A stretch of DNA of 27,859 nucleotides, from IMG/VR virus record IMGVR_UViG_3300020181_000320, positions 1 to 27,859 of that record. One strand, written 5' to 3'. The position numbers and the translations under genes were made by a program. The DNA is from a virus. Taxonomy: Duplodnaviria; Caudoviricetes. The notes under the pieces are model-generated. The model worked only from the letters and a program-made list of their open reading frames with translations. It was not told the origin of the DNA and made no database searches. How positions within the stretch are numbered: the stretch's first letter is position 1; each line of letters begins with the position of its first letter. Shown here in pieces: positions 16,114 to 25,906 of this stretch.

Positions 16114-16129
16114 GCATCTAGGAGAACCC

Positions 16130-17134
16130 ATGCCCGTGACCTTGGCCGAGGCCAAGAACAACGCACAGACCGACTACGACCCGGCCGTGATCGACGAGTT
16201 CCGGAAAGAGTCGGCGGTACTCGATTCGCTGATCTTCGACGACGTCGTCAATCCCTCCGGCGGGGGCGCGACCCTCACCTATGGGTACCGGCGGCTGATC
16301 ACGCAGCCGACCGCGGATTTCCGCGCGCTGAACTCCGAGTACGCGCCGCAGAACGTCACCACCGCCCCGTTCTCGGTCAACCTGGCCGTGCTCGGCGGGG
16401 CGTTCGAGGTCGACCGGGTTATCGCGAAGGTCGGCCCGGCCGCGTCCGCCGCGGTGTCGCTGAACATGTCGCAGAAGATCAAGGCCGCGAACACCCGGTT
16501 TCAGGACGCGGTGATCAACGGCGACACCGCGGTCGACACCAACGGATTCGACGGACTCGACAAGGCGCTCGTGGGCTCCACCACGGAGTTCCGCGCCGGC
16601 CAGGTCACCGACTGGACCGACTTCGACACCAACGCGCGCGCCGAGCACAAGGCGCTCGACGCCATCGACGAGTTCCTCTCGCTGCTCGACGGCGCGCCGT
16701 CGGTGGTCATCGGTAACTCGAAGTCGCTCGCCCGGGTCCGGGCGGCCGCGCGCCGCGCGAGCATGTACACCCGCGACCCGGTCGAGGGACTGATCGGCGT
16801 CAACGGCCGGCCGGTAGTCCGCGAGACCTACGGCGGGGTACTGCTCGTCGACGCCGGCGCCAAGGCCGGCACCAACAACCCGATCGTGCCGATTCTCGGC
16901 CGGACCGTCGGCGGCACCGCGGCAACCGGGCTCACCGACCTGTACGCCTACCGCGTGGGGCTCGACGGCTTCCACGGTGTCGCGACCGTCGGCACACAGC
17001 TCGTCGAGAGCTGGCTGCCCGACTTCACCGTTGCCGGCGCCGTCAAGAAGGGCGAGGTGGAACTCGGCCCGGTCGCCGTCGCGCTCAAGGCCACGAAGTC
17101 CGCCGCCGTCTTCCGCAACATCAAGGTGCAGTGA
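16130..17134 (+). CDS. Major capsid protein
   Basis: MPVTLAEAK...FRALNSEY...LGGAFEVDRVI...INGD...GFDGL; 334 aa; AGGAG SD. Confidence 0.92.
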   Translation: MPVTLAEAKNNAQTDYDPAVIDEFRKESAVLDSLIFDDVVNPSGGGATLTYGYRRLITQPTADFRALNSEYAPQNVTTAPFSVNLAVLGGAFEVDRVIAKVGPAASAAVSLNMSQKIKAANTRFQDAVINGDTAVDTNGFDGLDKALVGSTTEFRAGQVTDWTDFDTNARAEHKALDAIDEFLSLLDGAPSVVIGNSKSLARVRAAARRASMYTRDPVEGLIGVNGRPVVRETYGGVLLVDAGAKAGTNNPIVPILGRTVGGTAATGLTDLYAYRVGLDGFHGVATVGTQLVESWLPDFTVAGAVKKGEVELGPVAVALKATKSAAVFRNIKVQ

Positions 17135-17418
17135 TGCCACGACACAACATCGAAACCCCGGTCACCGACTACACCGGCACCGTCGCCGGCGTCCGGTTCA
17201 CCGCCGGCCGCGGCGAGACCGACAACGAGAACGCCCTCGCCTACTTCCAGCGGCACGGCTACACCGTGACCCCGGTCGAGGACGACGTCGAGCCCGTCGA
17301 GCCCGTCGTCGACGACCCGCCGGGCAGTACCGCGCCCGTCGACGAGACACCGGCCGAGAACCCGGCGGACGAGCCGGAGGGGACGAAGCGCACCAGCCGT
17401 CGCACACCGGCGAAGTAA
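17134..17418 (+). CDS. Small head-associated hypothetical protein
   Basis: YTGTVAGVRFTAGRGET...LAYFQRHGYTV plus acidic tail; TGATG overlap. Confidence 0.75.
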   Translation: MPRHNIETPVTDYTGTVAGVRFTAGRGETDNENALAYFQRHGYTVTPVEDDVEPVEPVVDDPPGSTAPVDETPAENPADEPEGTKRTSRRTPAK

Positions 17419-17420
17419 CC

Positions 17421-17464
17421 GCCGCGGCCGGCGCCCGTGCCCCCGACCGGGCGCCGGCCGTGGC
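17421..17464 (+). terminator. GC-rich stem-loop after the capsid genes
   Basis: GCCGCGGCCGGCGCCCG-N10-CGGGCGCCGGCCGTGGC, a 17-bp stem with one G-U pair. Confidence 0.6.
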
Positions 17465-17487
17465 TTCCACCAACGAGAGGGGGCGCC

Positions 17488-17913
17488 GTGGCACGCGCGT
17501 ACGCGACCGCCGAGGACTACGCGAACTGGCTCGACATCACCACCCCGCCCGAGTGCATCGCCCGGCAGCTCGCCCGCGCGTCACAGCTCGTCGACTGGTT
17601 GCTCGTCACCGCGGTCTACCTCACCGACCCGGCCGGCTACCCGGCCGACCCGGACGTGCGCGCCGCGGTACGCGACGCCACGTGCGCAACCGTCGCGTGG
17701 TGGGAAGACACCGGCGACGACTCCGGCGCGGCCGCCCGGTTCACCTCCGCCGGCATCGGGTCCGTGAACCTCACCCGGGCGAGCACCGCGGCCGCCGGCA
17801 CACCGAGCGGCGCGCAGGCTGCGCGGCTTTCGCCCGAGGCCATGCAGATACTCACCGCGGCCGGCTTGCTCGGCGACGGCCCGGTCGAGCAGGAGGTCGC
17901 CCGGTGGCGCTGA
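17488..17913 (+). CDS. Head-tail connector (adaptor) protein
   Basis: AYATAEDY...LARASQLVD...VRDATCA...IGSV...LSPEA..IL..AGLL. Confidence 0.8.
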   Translation: MARAYATAEDYANWLDITTPPECIARQLARASQLVDWLLVTAVYLTDPAGYPADPDVRAAVRDATCATVAWWEDTGDDSGAAARFTSAGIGSVNLTRASTAAAGTPSGAQAARLSPEAMQILTAAGLLGDGPVEQEVARWR

Positions 17914-18233
17914 CCATGCCCGCGTTCCTGCTTCCGCACACCGTGACCGTCAAGCCCTACGCCGGCACCGGCGCCTACGGGCCGACCTTCGGCCGGCCGT
18001 TCACCGTCCGCCGCGCCTACGTCGAGGACCGGCGGCGCCTGGTCCGCGCGACCGATGGCGCCGAGACCATCAGCGAAACGACCGTGATCACCAGGCCCGG
18101 CCCCGCGGTACCGGCCGGCTCCGAGGTCACCGTGTGGCCCGGCACGCCGGCCGAGCGCACGGCGACTGTGATCACCGCGAGCACCTTCGACCATCCCAGC
18201 GCGCCCGCGCACCTCGAGATCACCCTCACGTAA
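17904..18233 (+). CDS. Head closure / stopper protein
   Basis: LLPHTVTVKPYAGTGAYG...RRLVR..DG.E.IS; AGGAGG SD; alternative ATG at 17916. Confidence 0.75.
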   Translation: MALTMPAFLLPHTVTVKPYAGTGAYGPTFGRPFTVRRAYVEDRRRLVRATDGAETISETTVITRPGPAVPAGSEVTVWPGTPAERTATVITASTFDHPSAPAHLEITLT

Positions 18234-18247
18234 GGGAGGTACCCGCC

Positions 18248-18592
18248 GTGCGGCTCAAGACCGAGTTTCACTGGCAAGGCGATCACATCCTCGAGGACTT
18301 CACCCGCGGCGCCGAGAAGGGCGTCAAGCTCGCCGCCGAGCACGTCCGCAGCGTCGCCGTCAACCGGGCGCCCAAGGACACCGGCGCGCTCCGCAACACC
18401 GGCACGGCAACCACCGACGGACTCACCGGCGCCGTCTCGTTCGACACCGAGTACGCCGTGCGCCAGCACGAAGAGACCACCTGGCACCACGAAGACGGCG
18501 AAGCGAAGTACCTCGAGACCGCGCTCGACGACGAGGTCGACGTCGCCCGGCAGATCATCGCCGCGCAGATCCGGAAGGCCACCCGCTCATGA
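18248..18592 (+). CDS. HK97 gp10-like neck/tail-completion protein
   Basis: APKDTGALRN, YAVRQHE, AKYLE motifs. Confidence 0.82.
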   Translation: MRLKTEFHWQGDHILEDFTRGAEKGVKLAAEHVRSVAVNRAPKDTGALRNTGTATTDGLTGAVSFDTEYAVRQHEETTWHHEDGEAKYLETALDDEVDVARQIIAAQIRKATRS

Positions 18593-19017
18593 GGTTCGTC
18601 GTCGAGCTGGGCGACCTCATCGCGCGACACCTCGCCGCGGCCGGCGTCGGAACCTACCGGCCCGACGCCGGCTACACGGCCGCCGAGACCGGCATCGTGT
18701 TCGGCGGCCTGCCTGCCGATCCTTCGCGCGCGCTCGCTCTGCTGCTCTACCCGCTCGCCCACGACACCGACGCCGACGCCGAGTACGGCCTGCGCATCCG
18801 CTTCCGCTCCGTCGGCCAGGACCCGCGCGACCTGTTCGACCTCGTCGACGCCGCGTTCGACGCGCTCGCCGGCGCCGGCGAGCAGCAACTCGGCCTCGGC
18901 GTCCACCTGGTCACGCGCGAGACCTCAAACCCCAGTGGCATCGACCAGAACGGCCGCTACGTGCACACCGACACCTACCGGATTCGGGCACACCACCCGA
19001 CCCGCTACCGCCAATAG
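18589..19017 (+). CDS. Tail terminator-like protein
   Basis: Position before the tail tube gene; LAAAGVGTY...IRFR...GIDQNGR. Confidence 0.72.
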   Translation: MRFVVELGDLIARHLAAAGVGTYRPDAGYTAAETGIVFGGLPADPSRALALLLYPLAHDTDADAEYGLRIRFRSVGQDPRDLFDLVDAAFDALAGAGEQQLGLGVHLVTRETSNPSGIDQNGRYVHTDTYRIRAHHPTRYRQ

Positions 19018-19028
19018 GAGGCGCCGCA

Positions 19029-19550
19029 ATGGCCCTACGTTCCATGCTCGCCAGCGATTGGGCACTCGAGGTCGACACGGCCGCCAGCGGCGCCACCACT
19101 CCGCAGTGGACGCCGGTTCGCGGCCTGTCGAACTTCTCCGAGAGCACCGACGACAACACCGAGGACGACTCGACCAACGACGCGCCCGGTTGGGGCGCGG
19201 ACGTCATCACGCAGCGGAAATGGAAGGTCGAGGCCGAGGGCAAGCGCAAGCGCGACACCGCGGCGACCGCCTACACCCCCGATCCCGGACAGGAGTTCAT
19301 CCGCAAGGCCGCACGCAAGGTCGGTTTCTCGGCCGACGTGCATGTGCGGTGGTACCGCCGAGACGGTTCGCCGGACGCGTCCGAGGGCTACGCGCAGGTA
19401 TCCGAGTTCACCAAGGGCGGCGAAACGACCGACCTCGAGCCGTTCAACTTCACATTGCTGGGCCAGGGCGAGCCGCTCGAGATCGCCAACCCCGTAACCA
19501 CGCCGCCCGCCGGGGGCACCGCGGCCGCGACGACGAGCGGGGGCAAGTGA
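19029..19550 (+). CDS. Major tail (tube) protein
   Basis: W.LEV...WTPVRGL...GW...W.VE...DPGQE...F.FTLLGQG; AGGAGG SD. Confidence 0.85.
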   Translation: MALRSMLASDWALEVDTAASGATTPQWTPVRGLSNFSESTDDNTEDDSTNDAPGWGADVITQRKWKVEAEGKRKRDTAATAYTPDPGQEFIRKAARKVGFSADVHVRWYRRDGSPDASEGYAQVSEFTKGGETTDLEPFNFTLLGQGEPLEIANPVTTPPAGGTAAATTSGGK

Positions 19551-20095
19551 TGGCGTATCGGGATCTCGACGACCTGCTCGACGGCGGGCTCGAGCTGCCC
19601 ATCGGCGGCAAGGTCTACGCCGTACCGCCGGTCGACGCCGAGACCGGTCTGCGGTTGCAGCGGCTTCACGACTGGATGTTCGGCGTAGCGGCCGCGGTCA
19701 AGGCACACGAGGACAACCCCGACGCCGGCGAGCTATCGGTGCCGGAACCGGGCGGCGAGCTGCTATCGGACGCGCAGGAAATCGACATGTACCGCAAGTC
19801 GCTCGGCACGGCCTACGACGAGATGCTCGACGACGGGGTCGCCTGGCCGCGGTTCAAGGTCGCCGGCATGACCGCGTTTCTGCACCACACGCAGAGCCCG
19901 GAGGCCGCCGAGGCGTACTGGAACGCCGGCGGCCGCCCGGAAGCCTCGGCGGGGAATCGGGCGAGCCGTCGCGCGGCGGCCCGATCGACCCCGCAACGGG
20001 CATCCGGGAGTGGTACGACCCGGACACGGAAGGCGGCGCCGGCGACGGCCCGCGCTGGTCGGACATCTTCGCGCGCTGGTCGCTCGTCGAGCTAG
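19550..20095 (+). CDS. Tail assembly chaperone (G-like)
   Basis: LELPIGGKVYAVPPVDAETG...LG.AYDEM..DGV...AEAYW; lies between tail tube and tape measure. Confidence 0.8.
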   Translation: MAYRDLDDLLDGGLELPIGGKVYAVPPVDAETGLRLQRLHDWMFGVAAAVKAHEDNPDAGELSVPEPGGELLSDAQEIDMYRKSLGTAYDEMLDDGVAWPRFKVAGMTAFLHHTQSPEAAEAYWNAGGRPEASAGNRASRRAAARSTPQRASGSGTTRTRKAAPATARAGRTSSRAGRSSS

Positions 20096-20253
20096 ACCTG
20101 CACGAGTTCTACGGGCTCGACCTCGAGGCGCCCGGCCTGCTGCGCGCCCGCTCGTGGCGCTGGCTGCGCATCCGCATCGCCGGCTTGTTCTCCACCGACG
20201 CGAGCCGACTACGCCGCGCGCTGTACCCGGAGGCTGACCGCCCCCGCCCCTGA
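19936..20253 (+). CDS. -1 frame extension of the tail chaperone (T-like, via programmed frameshift)
   Basis: Open -1 frame without its own start: PIDPATGIREWYDPD...WSLVELDLHEFYGLDL...RSWRWLRIRIAGL...SRL, TGA at 20251-20253. Confidence 0.75.
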   Translation, partial: PGSLGGESGEPSRGGPIDPATGIREWYDPDTEGGAGDGPRWSDIFARWSLVELDLHEFYGLDLEAPGLLRARSWRWLRIRIAGLFSTDASRLRRALYPEADRPRP

Positions 20254-20277
20254 CGAGCAGCGGGCGGGGGTGGTCGC

Positions 20278-22674
20278 GTGGCGCTCACCATCGGCGAGCT
20301 TGTCGGGTATCTGCGCATCGACGACAAGGGCGTCGCCGGCAAGCTCGCGCAGGCCCGCGCCCGGTTCGCCGCCGCGGCGAAAGACACCGACGTCTACGAC
20401 AACGCGCTCATGCGCGCGGGCAGGTCTGCCCGCGACATGGCGCTCTCCGCGGGCGCGAGCGCACTCCGGGTCGGCGCGCTCGCCGGCGCGGCCAACCTCG
20501 CCGGAGGCGCACTCGGCGCGCTCGGCGGCGGCATCGTCACCGCATCGGGCGCGCTGCTGATCCTGCCCGGTGCCGCGGTCGCCGGCGGTGCCGCGCTGGC
20601 CTCGCTCAAGGTCGGGTTGTCCGGGTTCGGCGACGCCTTGAAGGCGATCGACGACCCGGCGAAGTTCGCCGAGGCCACCGCGAAACTCGCCCCGGCCGCG
20701 CGCGACACGGCGAAGGCCGTGCGCGACTTGGCGCCGGCGTGGGACGCGGTCAAGCGCTCGGTACAGCAAGAGCTTTTCTCCGAGATGGGGTCGGTGGTGC
20801 GCCAGCTCGGCGCGCAGTACCTCCCGATTCTCAAGCGCGGTATGACCGACGTGGCCTCGAGTTTCGGCGTCGGCGCCGCCGGTCTGGCCGCGTTCCTGCG
20901 CGAAGCGCAGACCGGGCGCGACGTGGCGACGATCTTCGACAACAGCTCGACCGCGGTGTCGAACCTGGCCGAGGTCACGCAGCCACTCGCGCAGGTCTTC
21001 CGCGACGTCGCGACCGTCGGCTCGACCGTGTTCGCCGACCTCACCACCGGCGCCGGCTCGGCCGCCGAGCGGTTCGCCGCGTTCATCTCCGCGGCCCGTG
21101 AGTCCGGGCAGCTCGAGGCGTGGATGCGCAACGGGCTCAACGCGCTACAGCAGCTCGGCCAGCTCGCCGGCAACGTCGGCGGCATCATCTCGGCCGTCTT
21201 CTCGGCGATGTCGACGAACGGCACGTCGACCCTCGACGTGCTCGTGCAAGCCACCGGCGCCGTGCGGGACTTCCTGACCTCCGCGCAGGGCGCCACCCTG
21301 CTACAACAGGTGTTCGGCGGCATCGCCGCAGCCGGCCGCGGCCTGGCCCCGGTGTTCGCCGAGATCGGGCGCGTTCTGGTCTCCGACGTCGGCCCGGCGA
21401 TAGCCACCCTCGGCCCGCAGCTGGGCGCCGCGCTCGCGTCCCTGGCACCTGCCGTCGCCCCGCTGGGCAGCGTGCTCGCCGCCCTGGCCCCGGTGGTCGC
21501 CGCGGTCGCGCAGAGCTTGGCCGGCGGACTGGCCTCGGCCGTGACGTCGCTCGAGCCCGCCGTCGTCGCCCTGGCTCCCGGTCTGGCCACGCTCGCGAGC
21601 CAGATCGGCACCGTTCTCGCCGCGGCTCTCCAGGTGGCCGGCCCGCTTCTGGCGCTGCTGGCCGGTTTCCTGTCCGACAACATGACGTGGCTCGGCCCTC
21701 TGGCGATCGGGTTTGCGACCGTCGCCGTGGCCGCCGGTCCGCTCACGACGTTGATAGGTGGCCTCTCGACCGCGTTTCGCACGGCGACGACGGTTTTTAA
21801 CGCCTTGCGGGTCGCGATGATGACCAACCCGTTTATTTTGATCGCAACGGCGGTCGCGCTTCTCGCCGTGTTGATCATCTCGAATTGGGACACGATCAAG
21901 TCCGCGATTGGCGCAGCGCTCGATTGGATCGGAAATTTCATTTCCGGAGCAGTCGACTTCATCGTCAATCTGTTCGTGAACTGGTCACTTCCCGGGCTGA
22001 TCATCAAGCATTGGGACACCATCGTTGCCGGCGTCCGTACCGCGGTGAACTGGGTCCTTGACGCGGTCGCCTGGCTCGGCTCCCTGCCGGGCAAGGTGGC
22101 CGCCTGGTTCGGGGATCTGACGCGGGCCGCGATAGGCAAGGCGGCCGAGCTGGTCAACTGGCTACGCGGCTTACCGGGGCGCGTGCTCGATGGGCTCGGC
22201 AATTTCGGCTCGCTTCTCCTGAACGCCGGACGCGATTTGCTGACCGGCTTGTGGAACGGGATTCAGAATGCGGCGAGCTGGCTCAAAAACAAGGTGATCG
22301 GCTTCTTCGGAAACTTGCTCCCGGGGTGGGCGAAAGACATTCTCGGGATCAACTCGCCATCGACCGTTTTCGCCGGCATCGGCCGGTGGATTCCGCCCGG
22401 TCTGGCCGGCGGCATCGACAAGGCGGCCGGCGTCGCGTTGCGCTCGGCGTCCGATCTCGCGACGCGCGTGTCGGACACGATGGCGGCCGGCTTGACCACG
22501 CCCGCGCTCTCGATCGCCGGCGCGTCGAACGCCGGTATCGGCGGCGCGGCCGGCGCCTACACGGCAACCGCGAGCCGGCCCACCGTGCACATTGACCAGT
22601 TCCACGCGACGCCGGCCCAGTCGCCGGCCGACATCGCCGGCGAGCTGGACTGGTTGAGCCGCGGGGGTGGGTAG
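20278..22674 (+). CDS. Tape measure protein
   Basis: MALTIGELVGYLRIDD, Ala/Gly-rich helical repeats, NPF..., NWDTI repeats, LGINSPS.VF. Confidence 0.93.
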   Translation: MALTIGELVGYLRIDDKGVAGKLAQARARFAAAAKDTDVYDNALMRAGRSARDMALSAGASALRVGALAGAANLAGGALGALGGGIVTASGALLILPGAAVAGGAALASLKVGLSGFGDALKAIDDPAKFAEATAKLAPAARDTAKAVRDLAPAWDAVKRSVQQELFSEMGSVVRQLGAQYLPILKRGMTDVASSFGVGAAGLAAFLREAQTGRDVATIFDNSSTAVSNLAEVTQPLAQVFRDVATVGSTVFADLTTGAGSAAERFAAFISAARESGQLEAWMRNGLNALQQLGQLAGNVGGIISAVFSAMSTNGTSTLDVLVQATGAVRDFLTSAQGATLLQQVFGGIAAAGRGLAPVFAEIGRVLVSDVGPAIATLGPQLGAALASLAPAVAPLGSVLAALAPVVAAVAQSLAGGLASAVTSLEPAVVALAPGLATLASQIGTVLAAALQVAGPLLALLAGFLSDNMTWLGPLAIGFATVAVAAGPLTTLIGGLSTAFRTATTVFNALRVAMMTNPFILIATAVALLAVLIISNWDTIKSAIGAALDWIGNFISGAVDFIVNLFVNWSLPGLIIKHWDTIVAGVRTAVNWVLDAVAWLGSLPGKVAAWFGDLTRAAIGKAAELVNWLRGLPGRVLDGLGNFGSLLLNAGRDLLTGLWNGIQNAASWLKNKVIGFFGNLLPGWAKDILGINSPSTVFAGIGRWIPPGLAGGIDKAAGVALRSASDLATRVSDTMAAGLTTPALSIAGASNAGIGGAAGAYTATASRPTVHIDQFHATPAQSPADIAGELDWLSRGGG

Positions 22675-23558
22675 TGGCTGCCGGAGACCTGATCACCCGC
22701 GATGGACAACTCGAGTGGCGCGGCACCCTGCTCGGCGCTGGTACGGCGTACGGGTGGCGCGCCCTCGAGGGCTGGCTCGACCTGCCGCAGATGCGCGGCG
22801 GCGACGTCGACCGGCCCGGACAACACGGCGCGTTCCCCGGGCAGTTGCTCGCCCAGTCGCGCACGATCACCTACTCGTTCGTGATCTCGGCGCGGCGCGC
22901 CACGCGCGAGCAGTACGCGGCCGCCGTCGACCGGCTGCGGATGGTCACCACTCCGGGCGAGAATCCCGACGAGGAACCGCTCGTGATCCGGCTCGCCGGC
23001 CGGACCTGGCAGGCGCTCGCCCGGTGCACGCGCCGGTCGGTGCCGACCGGGCTCGCCTACGACGCCGGCTACGTCGCCGGCGCGCTGCAATGGGTCGCCA
23101 CCGATCCGCGGTTGCTCGAACTGCCCGGCTACACCGCCTCGACCACGCTCGGCGCGGTCGGCTCCGGCGGACTGGCCTTCCCGGTGCGGTTCCCGATGCC
23201 ATTCGGCGCGGCCGCCCGCGGCGGAGTCATCACCTGGACCAACACCGGCACAGCCGAGGCATGGCCGGTCTGGCGCATCGCCGGCCCGGTCCGCGGCCCC
23301 TCGATCACCCGGCGCGACACCGGGCAGGCCCTCGAATTCGATCCCGACTGGATCATCCCGGCCGGCCAAGTCGTCGAGGTCGACACGCTCGCCCGAACCG
23401 TGTTGTTCGTCGGCAGCAACGTCTCGGCCTCCGACCGCCTGTTCACCCGCGGATGGTTCAGCTTCCCACCCGGCCGCGAAGTACAGGCCGTTTTCGCCTC
23501 TGCCGCAACGAGTTCCGACTCGCGCCTGTCGGTAACCGTGCACAACACCGCGATGTGA
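22674..23558 (+). CDS. Distal tail protein (Dit)
   Basis: LEGW.D.P...RPGQHG...R.IT...ATDP...FP..FP..F...NTGTAEAWP..I.GP. Confidence 0.82.
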   Translation: MAAGDLITRDGQLEWRGTLLGAGTAYGWRALEGWLDLPQMRGGDVDRPGQHGAFPGQLLAQSRTITYSFVISARRATREQYAAAVDRLRMVTTPGENPDEEPLVIRLAGRTWQALARCTRRSVPTGLAYDAGYVAGALQWVATDPRLLELPGYTASTTLGAVGSGGLAFPVRFPMPFGAAARGGVITWTNTGTAEAWPVWRIAGPVRGPSITRRDTGQALEFDPDWIIPAGQVVEVDTLARTVLFVGSNVSASDRLFTRGWFSFPPGREVQAVFASAATSSDSRLSVTVHNTAM

Positions 23559-23573
23559 GACGGAGGTTTTCCC

Positions 23574-24773
23574 ATGCCTGAAAGGAATTCGTGGGCCGTC
23601 GGTTCCGACACCGCGCCACTGATCACCACAGAAGATGCCCGACTCGCCGTGTCCGCGCTGCTCATCCCGGGGCCGAGCGGGGTCACCGCGCGCGACGGTA
23701 TTCGGCCCGGCCCCGGTACCCCGGGCCGCGTGCACGCGGCCGGCACGGCAAGCGGCTCGATCGTGGTCGAGCCGTTCCAAGGCAGCATCCGCGCCTCGCG
23801 CGGCATCGGGTCGTACCTGGTGTCGCTGGACAGCCCGAAGACCCTCGACGTGCTCGCCGTCCCTGCCGACCCGGCCAACGATCGTCACGACCTCGTGATC
23901 GCGCAGCAGTCCGACGAGTTCTACCTCGACACCGCGACGAAGTTCGAGGTTCGGCTCGTGCGCGGGACAGCCTCGGCGACGCCGAGCGATCCCGTCGTCG
24001 ACGGCTCGCGCGACTGGTTCACCCTCGCCCGGGTCCGGGTCACCGCCGGCGCGGACAAGATCACCGACGCCATGATCGACCCGCTACCGCCCGGGTGGAC
24101 AGTCGCCCTCGGCGGCCTGTTGCCCGTGGGCAGCCTCACCCAGCGCAACGCGGTCGCCGCCTACGCCGGCCAGGAGGTCTACAGGCTCGACAAGGGGTGG
24201 ACCGAGGTTTACGACGGTGCCGCATGGCGGGTGCGCGGGCAGGTGACCGCGGCCGCGCTCGCCGACATCACCGACCCGTACCCGGGGCAACTCGTCGTGC
24301 TCGCCAGCACCGGCGGGCTCTACCGCTGGAACGGTGAGAAGTGGCTGTACGCCGCACTCATGAGCGGCGCGACCCCGGGCGGCGATTGGACCATCACCAC
24401 CAACCAGCCGACCTCGAATTCGCCGACCTTGCTCACCTTCCCGCAGGTCAACCGGCCCCCGGTCGGCATCACGCTCGCCGGCGGGGTCTTCACCATCGGC
24501 GAACCCGGGTGGTGGGATCTCTCGCTGAACCTGCGGTACACCATCGTCAACACTGACAAGTACGCCATGATCGGCGGGTCGTCCTCGGGCAACCTGTTCG
24601 CCAAGGACAGCGTTGCCGGCGGTGGCAACAACATCTCGGCAAACACGTCGAGGTGGCTCGACAAGGGCGCGCAAGTCCGGTGCTACGGCTACTCGGGCGC
24701 GCCGAGCGCGGTCACCAAGGAAGCGACCGGCGACCTGATCAGCGGCTTTACCGCGGTGTGGCGGGGTCCGTGA
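23574..24773 (+). CDS. Minor tail protein, putative receptor-binding protein
   Basis: ADPANDRHDLVIA N-domain, two G..V.....Y..DG..W repeats, and a beta-rich C-domain (GVFTIGEPGWWDLSLNL). Confidence 0.75.
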   Translation: MPERNSWAVGSDTAPLITTEDARLAVSALLIPGPSGVTARDGIRPGPGTPGRVHAAGTASGSIVVEPFQGSIRASRGIGSYLVSLDSPKTLDVLAVPADPANDRHDLVIAQQSDEFYLDTATKFEVRLVRGTASATPSDPVVDGSRDWFTLARVRVTAGADKITDAMIDPLPPGWTVALGGLLPVGSLTQRNAVAAYAGQEVYRLDKGWTEVYDGAAWRVRGQVTAAALADITDPYPGQLVVLASTGGLYRWNGEKWLYAALMSGATPGGDWTITTNQPTSNSPTLLTFPQVNRPPVGITLAGGVFTIGEPGWWDLSLNLRYTIVNTDKYAMIGGSSSGNLFAKDSVAGGGNNISANTSRWLDKGAQVRCYGYSGAPSAVTKEATGDLISGFTAVWRGP

Positions 24774-25906
24774 TGCGGCTGCCCACCTACGCCTACTTGG
24801 TCGCCGATCTGCGCAGCGGCCGTGTGCTCGACGAATTACCGCTCACCGGCGTCAAGTACAACAAGCCGTTGAACGACTCCGGGAAGTTCTCCGGCACCTG
24901 GGATCTCACCCGGCACCCGTCGAGCACGCGCCGCGACCCGTACGAGCTGACCATGCCGGCCCGCCGCGCGCTCTACGTGATGCGCGACGACCGGCCGATG
25001 TGGGGCGGGATCATCTGGACCCGCAAGTACGACAGCAGCTCACACAAGGTCGAGGTGGCCGGCGCCGACTGGTGGAGTTACTTCGATCACCGCAAGGTGC
25101 TCCCGGTCCTGCCGGCCGCACCGCTCCCGCTGGACCACGTCGCCGGCTTGAAGATGACGGCGAACGACGTCGAGCAAAACGACCTCGCCCGCGGCCTGGT
25201 GCAGCTCGCGCAGACGCACGCCGGCGGCGATATCGGCATCGAGTTCGACGACTCGCGCTCGTTCATCTACCGCGACCGCACCTACACCGGACACGAGCTG
25301 TCCTCGGTCGGCGAAGCCCTGCGCCAGCTCGCCGCGGTGATCAACGGCCCCGACATCATGTTCGGCGTCACCCCCGGCACCGGCGGCCGCATCCGGCGCG
25401 TCATGCGCGTAGGCACGCCGCGGCTCGGCCAGACCGGGACCGCGCACGTGTGGGAGACCGGCGGCAACATCGTCAACTACACGTGGCCCTCGGACGCGAC
25501 CCGCATGGCTACCCGCACGTTCGCCAGCGGCGACGGCATGGCCGAAGGAACCCCGATCGCCGTCGCCGAGGACGTCGACAAGTACGCGCAGCACTGGCCG
25601 TTGCTCGAGTCCGAACAGGGCTACACCAGCGTTTCCGACGCCGACACGCTGCAAGGCCACGCCGACGCCGACCAACTCGTCGCCCGGCTGCCCGTCGCCC
25701 TGCCCACCCTGACCGTCCGCGGGAACACCGCGCCTTACGTGGGGGAGTGGGACACCGGCGACGACGTCCGTGTCGTCATCCGCGACGAGTTCGTCCGCCG
25801 CGGCCTGGACACCGCCATGCGGATTGTCGACGCGCAGTACGCGCCGAGCGAAGCCGCCGAAAGCGTCACCATCACCATGAGCCCGCTCATTGAGGACGCC
25901 GCCTAA
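24773..25906 (+). CDS. Minor tail protein (gp37-like hub/Tal)
   Basis: YLVADLRSGRVLDELPL..V.Y...LN..G, MWGGIIWTR, GDDVRV.I.D. Confidence 0.8.
   Translation: MRLPTYAYLVADLRSGRVLDELPLTGVKYNKPLNDSGKFSGTWDLTRHPSSTRRDPYELTMPARRALYVMRDDRPMWGGIIWTRKYDSSSHKVEVAGADWWSYFDHRKVLPVLPAAPLPLDHVAGLKMTANDVEQNDLARGLVQLAQTHAGGDIGIEFDDSRSFIYRDRTYTGHELSSVGEALRQLAAVINGPDIMFGVTPGTGGRIRRVMRVGTPRLGQTGTAHVWETGGNIVNYTWPSDATRMATRTFASGDGMAEGTPIAVAEDVDKYAQHWPLLESEQGYTSVSDADTLQGHADADQLVARLPVALPTLTVRGNTAPYVGEWDTGDDVRVVIRDEFVRRGLDTAMRIVDAQYAPSEAAESVTITMSPLIEDAA

Noticed and set aside
15313-16161. Upstream part of the 356-aa minus ORF 15091..16161
   Set aside because: Antisense to the scaffold gene; the promoter and SD place the real start at 15312.
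20394-22202. 602-aa minus-strand ORF
   Set aside because: Antisense shadow of the tape measure gene; Ser/Ala/Pro/Arg-rich with no motif, as expected in high-GC DNA.
23574-24773. Diversity-generating retroelement target
   Set aside because: No reverse transcriptase and no template/variable repeat pair visible in the window.
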